From positions 2,604,001 to 2,668,000 of the forward strand of contig CBFFSA010000001.1 of NCBI GenBank assembly GCA_965644495.1: a stretch of 64,000 nt of DNA. The letters are read 5' to 3'. Shown piece after piece: positions 10,669 to 21,770 of this stretch (positions within the stretch are counted from its first letter, which is position 1; each line of letters starts with the position of its first letter). Source of the DNA: Perkinsela sp. CCAP 1560/9 (lineage: Eukaryota; Protista; Euglenozoa: Kinetoplastea). The position numbers were made by a program, and so were the translations under genes. The notes under the pieces were generated by a model that worked only from the letters and a program-made list of their open reading frames with translations, did not search any database and was not told the DNA's origin.

Positions 10669-11436
10669 ATGGATTCCTCAAGCGGTGACACTACTCTGGA
10701 TATATTAAGTTCACTTTCTGAGCTGGAGAATAAATCAAGCACGACAAGGAATTCTAAGCCAGACACAAGATTTAGTGCCCCTTATACTGCGAATGCGCAA
10801 CCAAATGGGGCTCCTACACCAACAGAGGAAGTTACTCGCACGACTAAGCGGTCGAGGAAACCTTCTTTCGATGACAAAAACATAAAGCGGTTGAAACAAG
10901 ACGGACCAACCTTTTCCATGCGCCAAGCTGTGCGAAAGTCCTTGAAAAAAATAGTTGGCACCGGGGTCGAAGAATTTGTGGACAACATTGAGGAGCAGAT
11001 GTTCCAGCTCTACCCACCTTTTCCATCTTCCTCTTCATTCTCCCCTCTGTATCTCTCTCGTCTACGTGCGTTACAAAACAACGCAAAAGCGGTAGCACAC
11101 TTGCTAAAATCTTCTCTTTTGTCCGATCGTATGCACACTCCTCTCACTGGCAAGGCCTCGCTTGCAGGGTCGGAAAATCACACGCAGCGCATGATACGTC
11201 ACATCGTACAGTGCCCCGTAGAAGAACTATTGCTGCCGGAGGATGTTTTACGGAAACGTTCTGAAATGGAGACTGCCCTTCGTGAGAAAATAACGCACGA
11301 GAATACACAGTGCCCACGGTGCGGTAAGACTAACAAGGCTCTTCTTAACCTCAATCTTATGGCACTGGAAGAGAATAATCACTGGAGTTCCATGTTCGAG
11401 GATGACATGTGTTCGTGCACAGTGGAAAGCCCATGA
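10669..11436 (+). CDS. TFIIS central-domain-like protein with C-terminal Cys cluster
   Basis: IEEQMF..Y...Y.SRLRAL..N.K resembles TFIIS domain II. CPRC...CSC is a possible Zn ribbon. Confidence 0.45.
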   Translation: MDSSSGDTTLDILSSLSELENKSSTTRNSKPDTRFSAPYTANAQPNGAPTPTEEVTRTTKRSRKPSFDDKNIKRLKQDGPTFSMRQAVRKSLKKIVGTGVEEFVDNIEEQMFQLYPPFPSSSSFSPLYLSRLRALQNNAKAVAHLLKSSLLSDRMHTPLTGKASLAGSENHTQRMIRHIVQCPVEELLLPEDVLRKRSEMETALREKITHENTQCPRCGKTNKALLNLNLMALEENNHWSSMFEDDMCSCTVESP

Positions 11437-11631
11437 GCGGTGTTTGTGTCATAGGCTCTTCTCGAACTCCGCTTGCACATTCAACAGATGCAGTTTAGGT
11501 TGGCATGAATATGCGACCTTCTCACTGTTCTATACATTTTATACATGTACTGGGGCTAAAGAAGCTATACGTCTTTCGTCCAGTATTTGGACCTCCGCTA
11601 CCTATTTATGTCCTTCTATGACAGTATCAAA

Positions 11632-11746
11632 TACTGTACCCCCCCCCTAGTTATCTGTCACACATCATCCCCCCTAGTTACCTGTCACTTTTTGTCATTT
11701 CGAATATTTTTTCGTCGACCACCCCCCCTAGTTATCTGTCACAGTA
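11632..11746. mobile_element. Miniature element with tactgt/acagta ends and three direct repeats
   Basis: cccccctagtta(t/c)ctgtcac occurs three times between inverted termini. Confidence 0.5.
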
Positions 11747-11855
11747 ATACCAAATCATCTTCTTTGAAACTCATTCTTAATCCACAGAACCTTTAACTCC
11801 ATCCCTCTACACTCTTCCTTCCCCGCTCCACCCACCCTACCCCCCCCCCTCCCCC

Positions 11856-12764
11856 ATGCACACCGTCCTCCACAACAACCTCAACACCATCCTCCACCCC
11901 CTGTCCTCCGGAACACAAAAGCTTGCGATCCTCTCCCTCGGCTTCACCGCCGAGAACACCCTCACCCCCAAGCTCGCCCTGGAGCTCTCCACCAAGCTCG
12001 CCCAGCTCGCCTCCGCCCCCGCCATCCACGGCGTCGTCCTCACCTCCGCCTGGCCCCGCGTCTTCACCGCGGGCCCCTGCGTGCGCACGCTGCTGCAGCC
12101 CCGCACCCTACCCTTTGTGCTTCTCCAGAATGCCACCCGCACGCTCTACACCCAGCTGCTGCTGTACCCGAAGCCCACCGCCGTGGCCCTCGCGGGGCAC
12201 TGCCCCTCCTATGGCCTCGGGCTCGCGCTGGCCTGTGATGAGCGGGTGATGGCCCATGGCCCGAGCCGAGGGGGGGAGAGGACGCCACACAGGAATCGGG
12301 AGGAGGGTGAGAGCACAGGGAAGGGGAAAACGGAAGGGAGGGGGGGAGGGGAGGGGTCGGTTGAGGCGTACCGTATTGGGTTTCCCGAGACGACGTTGGG
12401 GTTGACGGTGCCACGGTATATGGTGGCGCATCTCGCCCATGTGGTGGGACCGGGTGTCGCGGAGAGACATGTGCGGGAGGGGAGGTTGTGGACGGCGTGT
12501 GAGGCGAAGGAGGTGGGGTTGGTTGATGAGGTGTGTTCAGAGGCTCAGGTGTTGCGTACCGCGATGGGGTGTATTTTGCCGCACACGCAGGGCTGTCCCT
12601 CAGCGTGGGTCCGGGCGAAATGTATGCTGCGGGGAAATCTGGCGTATCAAGTAATGAATTCGGGGATGACGACACTGGACCGTGCGATATATGTGAATCA
12701 TTTCCGAATGCACGCGGCGGAGATTTCGCGACGTGTGCGCAATGGTGGAGAAGGAAAGTTATGA
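11856..12764 (+). CDS. Enoyl-CoA hydratase/isomerase (crotonase) family, delta3-delta2 isomerase-like
   Basis: GVVLTS...VFTAG, YPKPTAVALAGHCP..G..LALACD.RVM, IGFPETTLG, A.EAKEVGLVDEV. Confidence 0.85.
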   Translation: MHTVLHNNLNTILHPLSSGTQKLAILSLGFTAENTLTPKLALELSTKLAQLASAPAIHGVVLTSAWPRVFTAGPCVRTLLQPRTLPFVLLQNATRTLYTQLLLYPKPTAVALAGHCPSYGLGLALACDERVMAHGPSRGGERTPHRNREEGESTGKGKTEGRGGGEGSVEAYRIGFPETTLGLTVPRYMVAHLAHVVGPGVAERHVREGRLWTACEAKEVGLVDEVCSEAQVLRTAMGCILPHTQGCPSAWVRAKCMLRGNLAYQVMNSGMTTLDRAIYVNHFRMHAAEISRRVRNGGEGKL

Positions 12765-13181
12765 GGGAGGAAGAATGAGATGTAGTTTTTGTAAAGAAGC
12801 TATTATCTTCAGCTTATCTATCGTGCATAGAAGCCTTCCATGATAAATAAGTAAGTGTACCGTATGCCAAAAGATACATTGCTGTAAGTGCAGCGGGGAT
12901 AACGAACAAATCTTCCATGAGATGCTAATTCTTGCCTGTTGATAAGTTTCGCTATTATATTTTCTATTACCTTTTTATTTCTTGCTTCATTTCTTTTTTA
13001 ATAAGAGAAGATAAACTTTTTTGAAGATAAACGAACGCGCAGAAGTCGGACTATGTATAGAAGAGCACTTGCAAATTTAATGTGTTGCAACCGGGAAATC
13101 GCAAGATACGTCACGTACGGTTACCAATGATAATATGTACAGGGGGGTGCACGAAAATATGGGGGGGTCTAAAATTATATA

Positions 13182-13928
13182 CAGTGGTTTCAGTTGATCT
13201 TGCCCCCCATCGGAATTTTGATTTTTTTTTCCGTTTTTGCTCATCTTTGCAGCATTGGAGAGATCTCATTCCCCTAGCGAAGAGCTTTGCCGCCTTTTTT
13301 CATAGAGACCCCCTGGTGCCCCCTGGGTGACCCGAAAGTTGACCAAAATAACAACAAATGACATTTTTTTGCCCATGAAAAATAGAGCAAAAAACGGATT
13401 TTATGTCCAAAAGTTAACTCTGAAGGCAAAGAACTAGTATCCGGAATGGCTTCCATTGTTTTGCAACACGCTTCGAAGTCTATTTGGGATTGAATCAATT
13501 GTGTTGCACACATTGTGGGGTTGTCTTCTCTTTTGTCATTACATTGTTCGACGCACTCCCCCTGTTTGGGGTATGAGGGTCTGATCTTCATAATGTAGAG
13601 GTGTTGACTAAATTGAACTAGGCAATAGAGAGGGTACTAGACATAGAGCTTTCAAATTATCAATTTAGAACGCTATCACTCGTACTTACAAGTGCAAAAT
13701 ATACAGAAAATCGGGAAAATGTGGCAAAAAATGGTTGTGTACACAGAAAAACTCCGCAAAAACAGTTTTTTTGGACCCAGGGGGCACCAGGGGGTCTCTA
13801 TGAAAAAACGGCGGCTAAGCTCTTCGCTAGGGGAACGAGATCTCTCCAATGCTGCAAAGATGAGCAAAAACGGATAAAAAAAATAAAAATTCCGAGGGAG
13901 GGGGGGGCAAGATCAACTGAAACCACTG
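13182..13928. mobile_element. Tc1/mariner-type MITE, 747 bp, long TIRs, TA target-site duplication
   Basis: TA|cagtggtttcagttgatcttgccccc ... gggggcaagatcaactgaaaccactg|TA. Inverted similarity extends about 150 bp or more (13182-~13330 vs ~13775-13928). Confidence 0.85.
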
Positions 13929-14094
13929 TATATTCCTTGGAAATCGTTCGAGGAACGTGAATTACCGTGAAGGAATTTTTCTTTAAGAATCAGTAATCTC
14001 AGAGAAATACATAGAAACGCGAAAGTATTATGTAGTAGTCCTGTAGTATTTCTTAGGTTCAGTAGTCCTTTTCTTTTAGGTACGTAACTAGCGC

Positions 14095-15240
14095 ATGACA
14101 TTACCAGACAAACGGTTGGAAAGCCCGAATGAGGAGTCGAATGACACCTGGAATGATCAATTGTGCTTTCTTCGCACCGCAGAGTCTTTTCGGCTCTTGG
14201 AACAACGCAGCACAGAGTCGAGCGTCGAATGGTTTCGAAACTTTGAAAAGCTTTCAGCTCACCACAAGAGGCTCCTTGGAAAGGATCCTTTTATTCTACC
14301 TGAGCGCTTTGCGAAAGCTATTGCGAAGAATGCTTCCTTCTACAACCACGTGCTCAGCGCCTCTCACACCTTATATGACTCCTACTGGGGAACGCAATCA
14401 CAGGATTTGCACAGACCATCGCCGCTTATACCTTCGGTCTTGGACCTTGACAAGGCCGCCAGTACTTTGCGTCAGTTTGTTAGAGACTGGTCGCTTGAAG
14501 GAGAGGTAGAACGCTCTCAGTGTTACGGCCCACTGCTGAATAAACTCTGTGAGCTGTTTCCGGATGTTCCCCAACGCTCATCGATCCACATCTTGTTTCC
14601 TGGGGCAGGGTTAAGTCGTCTGAGCTTTGAGGCCGCGCTTCTTGGGTTCTACTCTCAGGGAAATGAGTTTTCCTACCACATGCTTATCGCAGGTCACTAC
14701 GTGTTGAACTACTCCATGATTGCGGAACAGCACTCTATTTACCCCTACATAGGCGCCAGCACTAACCACTTAAGTCGTGACGACCAGTTTCGTGAGATTC
14801 GCATTCCACATCGTACCACACGCGATATGATAACCGAGAGGGAAGTCGCTGGGCATCCCGTGGGTTCCTTCTCCATGTGTGCGGGTGAGTTCGTTGAGGT
14901 GTATTCCAAACCCGATCAATTAGGAATGTGGAACGCGGTGGTAACTTGTTTTTTTGTGGACACCGCACACAATGTAATTGAGTACATTGAAACAATTTTT
15001 AACGCTCTGCGACCGGGTGGCAGTTGGATAAATCTTGGTCCATTGTTGTATCACTTTTCCGGTGAAAAGGATGAGGTTTCTGTGGAACTCACGCATGAAG
15101 AGATCTTGGAAGTCGCGCGCAACGTGGGCTTTCAGGTTGTAAGCGATGAGCTAGTGAATTGTACTTACACTGCGAATGTGAAAAGTATAAGACAAACGGT
15201 ATATCGATCACAGTTCACATGTCTTAAAAAGCCCGAGTAA
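14095..15240 (+). CDS. CARNMT1: Carnosine N-methyltransferase (N2227-like)
   Basis: LRQFVRDWS.EG..ER, ILFPGAGLSRL, GNEFSYHML, VVTCFFVDTAHNVIEY, GG.WINLGPLLYHF. Confidence 0.92.
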   Translation: MTLPDKRLESPNEESNDTWNDQLCFLRTAESFRLLEQRSTESSVEWFRNFEKLSAHHKRLLGKDPFILPERFAKAIAKNASFYNHVLSASHTLYDSYWGTQSQDLHRPSPLIPSVLDLDKAASTLRQFVRDWSLEGEVERSQCYGPLLNKLCELFPDVPQRSSIHILFPGAGLSRLSFEAALLGFYSQGNEFSYHMLIAGHYVLNYSMIAEQHSIYPYIGASTNHLSRDDQFREIRIPHRTTRDMITEREVAGHPVGSFSMCAGEFVEVYSKPDQLGMWNAVVTCFFVDTAHNVIEYIETIFNALRPGGSWINLGPLLYHFSGEKDEVSVELTHEEILEVARNVGFQVVSDELVNCTYTANVKSIRQTVYRSQFTCLKKPE

Positions 15241-15486
15241 CTCTGAGTCTTGTTTATAACGTCTTCTACCGAGTTTGCATGAGTCTTACTGGCAATTACT
15301 TACTTGAACGCAAGGAGTTGAGTCCATGTTTTGAACCATTATTCCCGGCCAGTTAGATTTCCATGCTTAATTTGTTTTTCAGTATTGAATTTAAGGTGAG
15401 CGTTGGCTCTTTATTGCCATTCTTTATTAGTACTACTACTAATTTAGTAGATACACTTTGTTACAGGCCTTTGCAGGATAGACTAC

Positions 15487-17133
15487 ATGAGGGAATTTCA
15501 TCTAAAACTAAGATTGTGCATGTCTTTAATTGAGTTTCCGTATCTTATAACTTCAAAGCACATGGGAACCTCGAAGTCCAACCGAAAAATGGCCAAAAGT
15601 GACATTCCAAAAATATCTGATAAGCTCGCTACAAGGCAATTATTGAGGAAGCAGTCCCAACAAGAGGTAAATTCGAACCGATCTTCAAAAAGACGTAGGA
15701 ATCCTTCTGAATCTCAGCCGCGATTACATCGTCAGAGTGGTGCCGTAGACAAAATGAATACACGCTCTACTCGTGCTCGTTCCGTTTCTATTGCACCTGT
15801 ACCTGAACATGGCTCTCGACGTGCAACACGAAGTAGTGCAGCTTTGAAAGAACCTCCAAGATCAATAAAAATGAAGACTACCTTGCCGGAATCTGTAAAA
15901 GAAAGAAAGGAGGTACAGGTAGAATCCAAAGAGTTGATTCAAAAAGCGTCGTCCAGTAAACTCACGAAAAACTGGAATCAGAATGGTGTAAAAGAAAAAG
16001 TTGATAAAAGAAAGCCGCCAGGAGAAAAGACGTGCAGGCTACCAGTACACTACGCCGTATGGGGTCGATTTGTGACTGAGGTGTTTCAAGTAAGAACTCC
16101 CGAACTTTATCGCTCCCTAAACATTGATTTTTTGAAATTGCAATCTTTTACAGAACGGCACCTTCATGTATGCTGTAATTTGTTTCGGACTTTGGACTCT
16201 CTGTCGCAACGTGTCTCTGCTGAAACGTCGTCAAATTCCGCTGTGCAATGGAAGGTATGCTGTGATCTTATCCGTGCTTTGCTGCCAATACGTACAGAGA
16301 GTTCATCCACATCAGTTTCGTCGTTGGTTATGAAAAGTATGTCTTTCTCATGTCCGATATTTCAACTGAAAAGCCTTTTATATCAATTTCATCGATGTAT
16401 TTTAGCATGGTTTCACTACCGTAATCCTGCTACTTTTGGCCACAAAGAAGTACATGTGAAAAATTCGTACATACGCTTGATACCGGAGGAAAAAGATGTT
16501 GACGCTATTCGCTTGAAACTTTATTTGGATTCAAAGCGAAACATTCAGCGTCTTCTTGGAAATTCGTTTTCACATGGGGATTTAGACATAGAGCCTATAA
16601 GTTCTGCAAATTTCCCTTTCAGTCCTTTTGCTGTTTGGGTTCCCACCCCCTTCGAAACGCACCGTTTCTTACTTCAGCTTTCATGTCCTAATGTGAAAAT
16701 CGATTCAATACTATTTGATATTTCTCTGGCTTCGAAACACATGGAAAGCCAAACCACAATTGCGTACGTCGCGATGGGGTGCGTAGAACTTGCCGGATAT
16801 TTTGTTCACAGCTCTTCACCGCAACTTCCATGCTGTAAGTCACCGTTCGAACAATGCGCTTATCATCGTATGTCATTGGGTGTCTTTCTCACCCCTTTGG
16901 ATGCTTATCTTGCACTCACCGGATCTTTAGATTCCAAAGAGAAAGAAACCTTGAAAAAGGTCTTTGTAATTGCATGTCGCGTACGCAAAAATATTCTTGA
17001 TGAAATATCTGTCCAACGAAAAGAATGTCTTCCTTATTTATCTGCTCAGTGTACGGCGACAGAATCCCAGCCTCTCGATGTTCAAGAGTTATTACCACAA
17101 TACGTGATTGCACGCATTTCACAAGAAATATGA
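15487..17133 (+). CDS. Hypothetical protein (basic disordered N-terminus; true start may be ATG 15562)
   Basis: 548-aa ORF co-oriented with the cluster; no family recognised. Confidence 0.55.
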   Translation: MREFHLKLRLCMSLIEFPYLITSKHMGTSKSNRKMAKSDIPKISDKLATRQLLRKQSQQEVNSNRSSKRRRNPSESQPRLHRQSGAVDKMNTRSTRARSVSIAPVPEHGSRRATRSSAALKEPPRSIKMKTTLPESVKERKEVQVESKELIQKASSSKLTKNWNQNGVKEKVDKRKPPGEKTCRLPVHYAVWGRFVTEVFQVRTPELYRSLNIDFLKLQSFTERHLHVCCNLFRTLDSLSQRVSAETSSNSAVQWKVCCDLIRALLPIRTESSSTSVSSLVMKSMSFSCPIFQLKSLLYQFHRCILAWFHYRNPATFGHKEVHVKNSYIRLIPEEKDVDAIRLKLYLDSKRNIQRLLGNSFSHGDLDIEPISSANFPFSPFAVWVPTPFETHRFLLQLSCPNVKIDSILFDISLASKHMESQTTIAYVAMGCVELAGYFVHSSSPQLPCCKSPFEQCAYHRMSLGVFLTPLDAYLALTGSLDSKEKETLKKVFVIACRVRKNILDEISVQRKECLPYLSAQCTATESQPLDVQELLPQYVIARISQEI

Positions 17134-17313
17134 AAAAGCAGTCCAGAGTTTCTGATCTTTCTGAGAATTAAATGAGTAGCGTATTCTTAAATTATTTGTT
17201 TCATAAATACAATGTGTCTTACTTTTGTCCAACAATTTGTCTGATTCTTAATTTTACACTTCACTAAACATATTATTGTTGAACAAGCATCATTTACTGG
17301 TTGTATTCTGTAA

Positions 17314-18432
17314 ATGGAAGGTGAAAGTGAACATGCCCTTTCGCAGAGTGCCGAGTCAACTTCGGCGGAAGAATCGGACACTTCCGTTACCTCCTCAAGT
17401 ACGTTGGGGTCTACCATAAACAGCGCCTCCTCCATCGAAGAGCAAGACCAAAAAGATAAAGAGACGGAGGAAGACGACACAACGAAGGACGCGGATCCCA
17501 ACATTCAAACCCCCCACGACCTGCAAACCGTCCGCCATAACGCGGCCCAGAAACTACAGGACGCCCTCGACCCGGTCTCTTCCCGTGTCCGTGATAAAAC
17601 CGCTCTTGCCGCTGCCGTTAACCTGTACTTCCACGTGCTGCACTTTCAGACCCGAGCGTTAGGAGAGACGCACCCGGAGTGTGCTGCGTCGTATTTCGAC
17701 TACGCCAACTGCTTCTTCCGTCTGCTTCAAAAATCTCTCGACGACGGGGACAAAGATGAGCGAGAGGATGAAAACACACGAGAGGACTGGGATGTGGTCA
17801 CGGAGTGTTTGTTCCGGGCGCTCTCCGGGGCACAGCGTCGAGGAGACCCTGAGCTCACCTCCAAGTCACTCCACACGCTGTGCAGCGCGTATGTGGAGAG
17901 AGAGGACTTTAAGGCAGCGCGAGATATTGCGGAGCGCCGGGGGAGGGAGTGTCCCAGCACGGAGGGGACGCTACAGCTCGCACAGACGTACCTGTTGTGT
18001 GAGCAGTACACCTCCGCACTTGCGGCGCTGGCTCCGTTGCGACGGGAAGGTACAGAGCTGAGTGAGACGCAAAAAGAGCAACTGGAGGAGATGGAGGAAT
18101 TGTTAAAGGAGAACGACCCGACGAAGCTGAAGTGGGAGATCAGAGGTTTAGCCAAAAGTGTTAAGGTGGCGCACACGAGCCTGAATCCTGCCACGGGGAA
18201 TGTGATCTCGGTGTTTCAAACCACGGCACGTATCGATAACCAGAATACATTATCCACAACGAATTCAGCAAACAACGTGGCAAAAGTAACGCACGTGGCT
18301 CGCTCTAAAAGATCAGCGGACGAGGCTTGCGTCACTCGTACCGAAACTCACTCCGAAAAAGAGGCAGAAACTGCAACTCAGAATACCCACACTAGTTCAG
18401 GAAACTCGGCAAAGACATTGCGTGTGGATTGA
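17314..18432 (+). CDS. TPR protein, NASP/Sim3-like histone chaperone candidate
   Basis: Acidic N-terminus, LGETHPECAASYFDYA..F..L TPR, acidic insertion, basic C-terminal tail. Confidence 0.5.
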   Translation: MEGESEHALSQSAESTSAEESDTSVTSSSTLGSTINSASSIEEQDQKDKETEEDDTTKDADPNIQTPHDLQTVRHNAAQKLQDALDPVSSRVRDKTALAAAVNLYFHVLHFQTRALGETHPECAASYFDYANCFFRLLQKSLDDGDKDEREDENTREDWDVVTECLFRALSGAQRRGDPELTSKSLHTLCSAYVEREDFKAARDIAERRGRECPSTEGTLQLAQTYLLCEQYTSALAALAPLRREGTELSETQKEQLEEMEELLKENDPTKLKWEIRGLAKSVKVAHTSLNPATGNVISVFQTTARIDNQNTLSTTNSANNVAKVTHVARSKRSADEACVTRTETHSEKEAETATQNTHTSSGNSAKTLRVD

Positions 18433-18570
18433 TTTTTGTGTGTTGAATCCCTTTATTTTTTTCCGTTAGTTCGCGTGACTAGTTTTCTTTAGATTAATCA
18501 GAAGTGTAGTATTCATTATTTTCTTACTTTCACTAGAGTTACTTTCTTTTCAGAGAGCCCACATATCAAT

Positions 18571-19035
18571 ATGTCCACAGAGGAGCGTACTTTTATTGCT
18601 GTAAAGCCTGACGGAGTACAGCGCGGGCTAGTCGGCGAAATCATTAAACGGTTTGAAGTCAAGGGATACAAACTGATGGCACTGAAACTGATCCAACCCA
18701 CCCTGGAGCAAACCTTTGAGCACTATATTGACCTGAAGGGTAAGAAGTTTTACCCCAGCTTATGTTCCTACATCGCAAACGGCCCTATTGTGGGTATGGT
18801 GTGGCAGGGCTTAGGTGCGGTCAAAGGTGGACGCACACTTTTGGGAGCCACACGTCCCGAGGATTCCCTTCCCGGGACAATTCGTGGCGATCTCTGCATA
18901 GACGTGGGTCGCAACATCTGTCACGGAAGTGATAGCGTAGAGAGCGCGGAGAAGGAAATTGCGTTGTGGTTCAAGCCAGAAGAGCTTGTAGATTGGAAAA
19001 GCCACAGTCAGCCGTGGGTGTATGAAAGTGCGTGA
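18571..19035 (+). CDS. NDPK: Nucleoside diphosphate kinase
   Basis: [41 protein letters not shown] (catalytic His). Confidence 0.98.
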   Translation: MSTEERTFIAVKPDGVQRGLVGEIIKRFEVKGYKLMALKLIQPTLEQTFEHYIDLKGKKFYPSLCSYIANGPIVGMVWQGLGAVKGGRTLLGATRPEDSLPGTIRGDLCIDVGRNICHGSDSVESAEKEIALWFKPEELVDWKSHSQPWVYESA

Positions 19036-19549
19036 GTGAGAGAACGTCGAAAGGTCGAAATGAAATTGGGCGCGTTGTATCAAATTACGTGATGTACGGA
19101 TTGGTAAATGTATGGTATCTTGAGCCGGATTGGAGATTGAAAAAATCCTTAAATTCAAAAGCAATGAAGCGAAATACAGAATGTCCATAACTTTTAGTAA
19201 TTGAAGTTTGTGATGCAAGAGTATAAATGTATGCATTTTTAGAGTTATAAATGTATGCATTTCTTAGTATGTTTTATGAAGAAAGAGCAATTATTCACTG
19301 ACAATTCTCTTTTACATTCTATGAATGCGAATCTACCTGTCTGATCATTTGTAATGTCCTTGCGTAATTTATTTAGGCAGCCTACGCCTTTCCACTTTTC
19401 AGTTACACAATGTGCTGTCGAAGAAATCAGTGTTCTGGATCGTAGGTATCTACACTTTTAGCAGCACGCTGTAGAATAAGATTTTATTAACTCGGATCCA
19501 GCATTTTCTGCGGCACATCTGATCTAAGAGTCGCTGTTTCCTCTGCTGT

Positions 19550-21544
19550 ATGTCAGTTGTGTGTCTGGGAACGGATACACCTAATGCGGTGCCTCCCCTT
19601 CTCTTTACCATAGAAAACGCTTACTATTTGATATATTGCCCGGAAGGTACACAGCGCTATTGCGCCGAGAGACACCATCACTTGGCTCACAACGGACGTC
19701 TACGCGTTGTGATTCTCCCCTGTATGTGCCCAGGTTGTATTTTTGGACTGCCTGGTCTGTACATCACACTTTGCGAAGTAGCAACCGAGCACAGAGATCT
19801 CATCGTGCTATGTAGCAATGTCTCCACTCGAGTGGCTGCGGAGGCTTGGTGGGAGGCCTGTTCCTTTGCTTTACAAAACGTACAGCGCCCTTTGGGGGTG
19901 AAGTTTACCGAAACAGTTTATGCTGATGATAAAGTTAGGTTTCAGTTTCTCTCTACAGGAGAATCTTCCACCACTCAGTGGCCATACGGCATATGCCCTC
20001 TACTGATTGAGATTCCTGCTCGAGCAGGGACCTTCAACGTTTCTGCCGCAAAAGCTCTTGGAGTTTTACCAGGACCGAAGTATAGTCTGTTGAAAACGGG
20101 ATGCAGCGTTCAAAGTGATGAGCGTCCCGATTTTGTGGTGCATCCGCATCAAGTGTTGGGACGTCCGGATCCTGTGCAACATGCTCTAATTTATCATGGA
20201 TATATTCCTAAGCTTGTAGCACAGGTTCAAAATATGAACATTACTCTATCAATCGACACTAAGTATAATATAGCGAGCGAACCAAGTATTCATTTCGCTT
20301 CCTCGACTAGGTGGCGTCTAGACCCTTCTACGTGGCACAGCTGCTTTCGAGACTCCGACATCGTACATCGTAGACTGCATTCACTTGACCCCCTCAGCTT
20401 TCCTCGGACCCATTTTCAAGTTGCCTTTAAACACGATCATGAAGCTTTCTCAGATTCCCCACAATGGTATTGGATGAAACCAGGCCTACGATATATATTT
20501 CATTCCTCTAGGAAAAAGAAAACAGTCCCGTCAGAATCCTACGTGGAATCTGGTTTATTTTCAGTGGAAAAGAATGGTACAACCTTTTCTGATAGCCTGA
20601 CATTGAGTGTTGCAAAGGGGGTTACAGGACTGTGTCATGGTCCTGTTCTTTTGATATTGGGTTCCGGTTGCGCGGTTCCCTCGGTGTTTCGGAACGTGAC
20701 GTGTAATCTTCTTCTATTTGAGTTCAACCACAAAAGATACATTGTTATAATAGACTGCGGAGAAGGTAGCCTCGGGCAGTTGCGCCGCATGTACGATATT
20801 AAACCTTTTATGTCATGGGCCGATGAAATTGCGATTCTTTGCACTCATGGACATGCAGATCATCATTTTGGTCTTTGGAGCTTCCTTTTTGAAATACTCT
20901 ACAAAGGTCTTAACGGACAATCATCTCCCAGCATCACTCTCTTTCTTCCCCCTTCGATGTTAGCGTACGCATCCTGCTGTTTGAATCACATAAGTATATG
21001 GACTAGCCGTACAGAAACAATCAAGTGTCTTTCTCTTCCTCGAAATGGAGGAATAGTTACGAATTGGTTACACTGCGTTCGAGTTCTTCATCCTTCCGAT
21101 TCGTACGGATTCGTACTTTCTTTGAATGGAAGAAAATTTGTTTTTTCGGGAGATACTCGTCCATGCTCTACTCTCATTAATGCAGGAAAGGACGCAGATT
21201 GGCTTATTCATGAAGCTACATTTCTTCCCTCAGAACAGGAAGATGCTCATTCAAAGTTTCATTCTACAATAACAGAAGCAATAGATGTGGCGCGTGCAAT
21301 GAAAGCTAAATTTTCTCTATTTACTCACTTCTCTCAGCGCTACACGAAGCACATGGGGTTGTTTACAGACTTTCTTTTGGGGGAGCCAATGGGACTTACC
21401 ACAGATATGGTCCGCATTAATCTGCACGAACCAATCCCAACGGTATTAATGGGGAAAATAATTGTCAGCGAGATCGAAAAACAATTTCGAAAAGAAATTT
21501 CTTCGGAAAGAACAGACGAGAAGGAACAATTTATGGACTACTAA
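19550..21544 (+). CDS. ELAC2: Ribonuclease Z, long form (tRNase ZL)
   Basis: CPEGTQR, exosite PGPKY..LK.G, DCGEG, THGHADHH, SGDTRP, HEAT, HST, THFSQRY. Confidence 0.92.
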   Translation: MSVVCLGTDTPNAVPPLLFTIENAYYLIYCPEGTQRYCAERHHHLAHNGRLRVVILPCMCPGCIFGLPGLYITLCEVATEHRDLIVLCSNVSTRVAAEAWWEACSFALQNVQRPLGVKFTETVYADDKVRFQFLSTGESSTTQWPYGICPLLIEIPARAGTFNVSAAKALGVLPGPKYSLLKTGCSVQSDERPDFVVHPHQVLGRPDPVQHALIYHGYIPKLVAQVQNMNITLSIDTKYNIASEPSIHFASSTRWRLDPSTWHSCFRDSDIVHRRLHSLDPLSFPRTHFQVAFKHDHEAFSDSPQWYWMKPGLRYIFHSSRKKKTVPSESYVESGLFSVEKNGTTFSDSLTLSVAKGVTGLCHGPVLLILGSGCAVPSVFRNVTCNLLLFEFNHKRYIVIIDCGEGSLGQLRRMYDIKPFMSWADEIAILCTHGHADHHFGLWSFLFEILYKGLNGQSSPSITLFLPPSMLAYASCCLNHISIWTSRTETIKCLSLPRNGGIVTNWLHCVRVLHPSDSYGFVLSLNGRKFVFSGDTRPCSTLINAGKDADWLIHEATFLPSEQEDAHSKFHSTITEAIDVARAMKAKFSLFTHFSQRYTKHMGLFTDFLLGEPMGLTTDMVRINLHEPIPTVLMGKIIVSEIEKQFRKEISSERTDEKEQFMDY

Positions 21545-21770
21545 ATCGATCCATCTCTATTTCATAAAAACTTAAGTACCACCAGACGAAGGTACCACCA
21601 GATGAAGGCACATGACGTCCACCCCCTTTTCTGTCATAAAAGAGAGAACTTGACAAAGCAGTGAACAACAAAATATTGCCGTGGTTGTATAACTACCGCT
21701 CTACCCTCGATTATTGAAAAAAAAAGTGAACAAAAACAGTGAAAATATAAAGAGGTACACAGTAATACAA

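Noticed and set aside
11640-11745. CRISPR-like short direct repeats
   Set aside because: Only three copies with irregular spacing, eukaryotic context and no cas genes; they fit transposon subterminal repeats.
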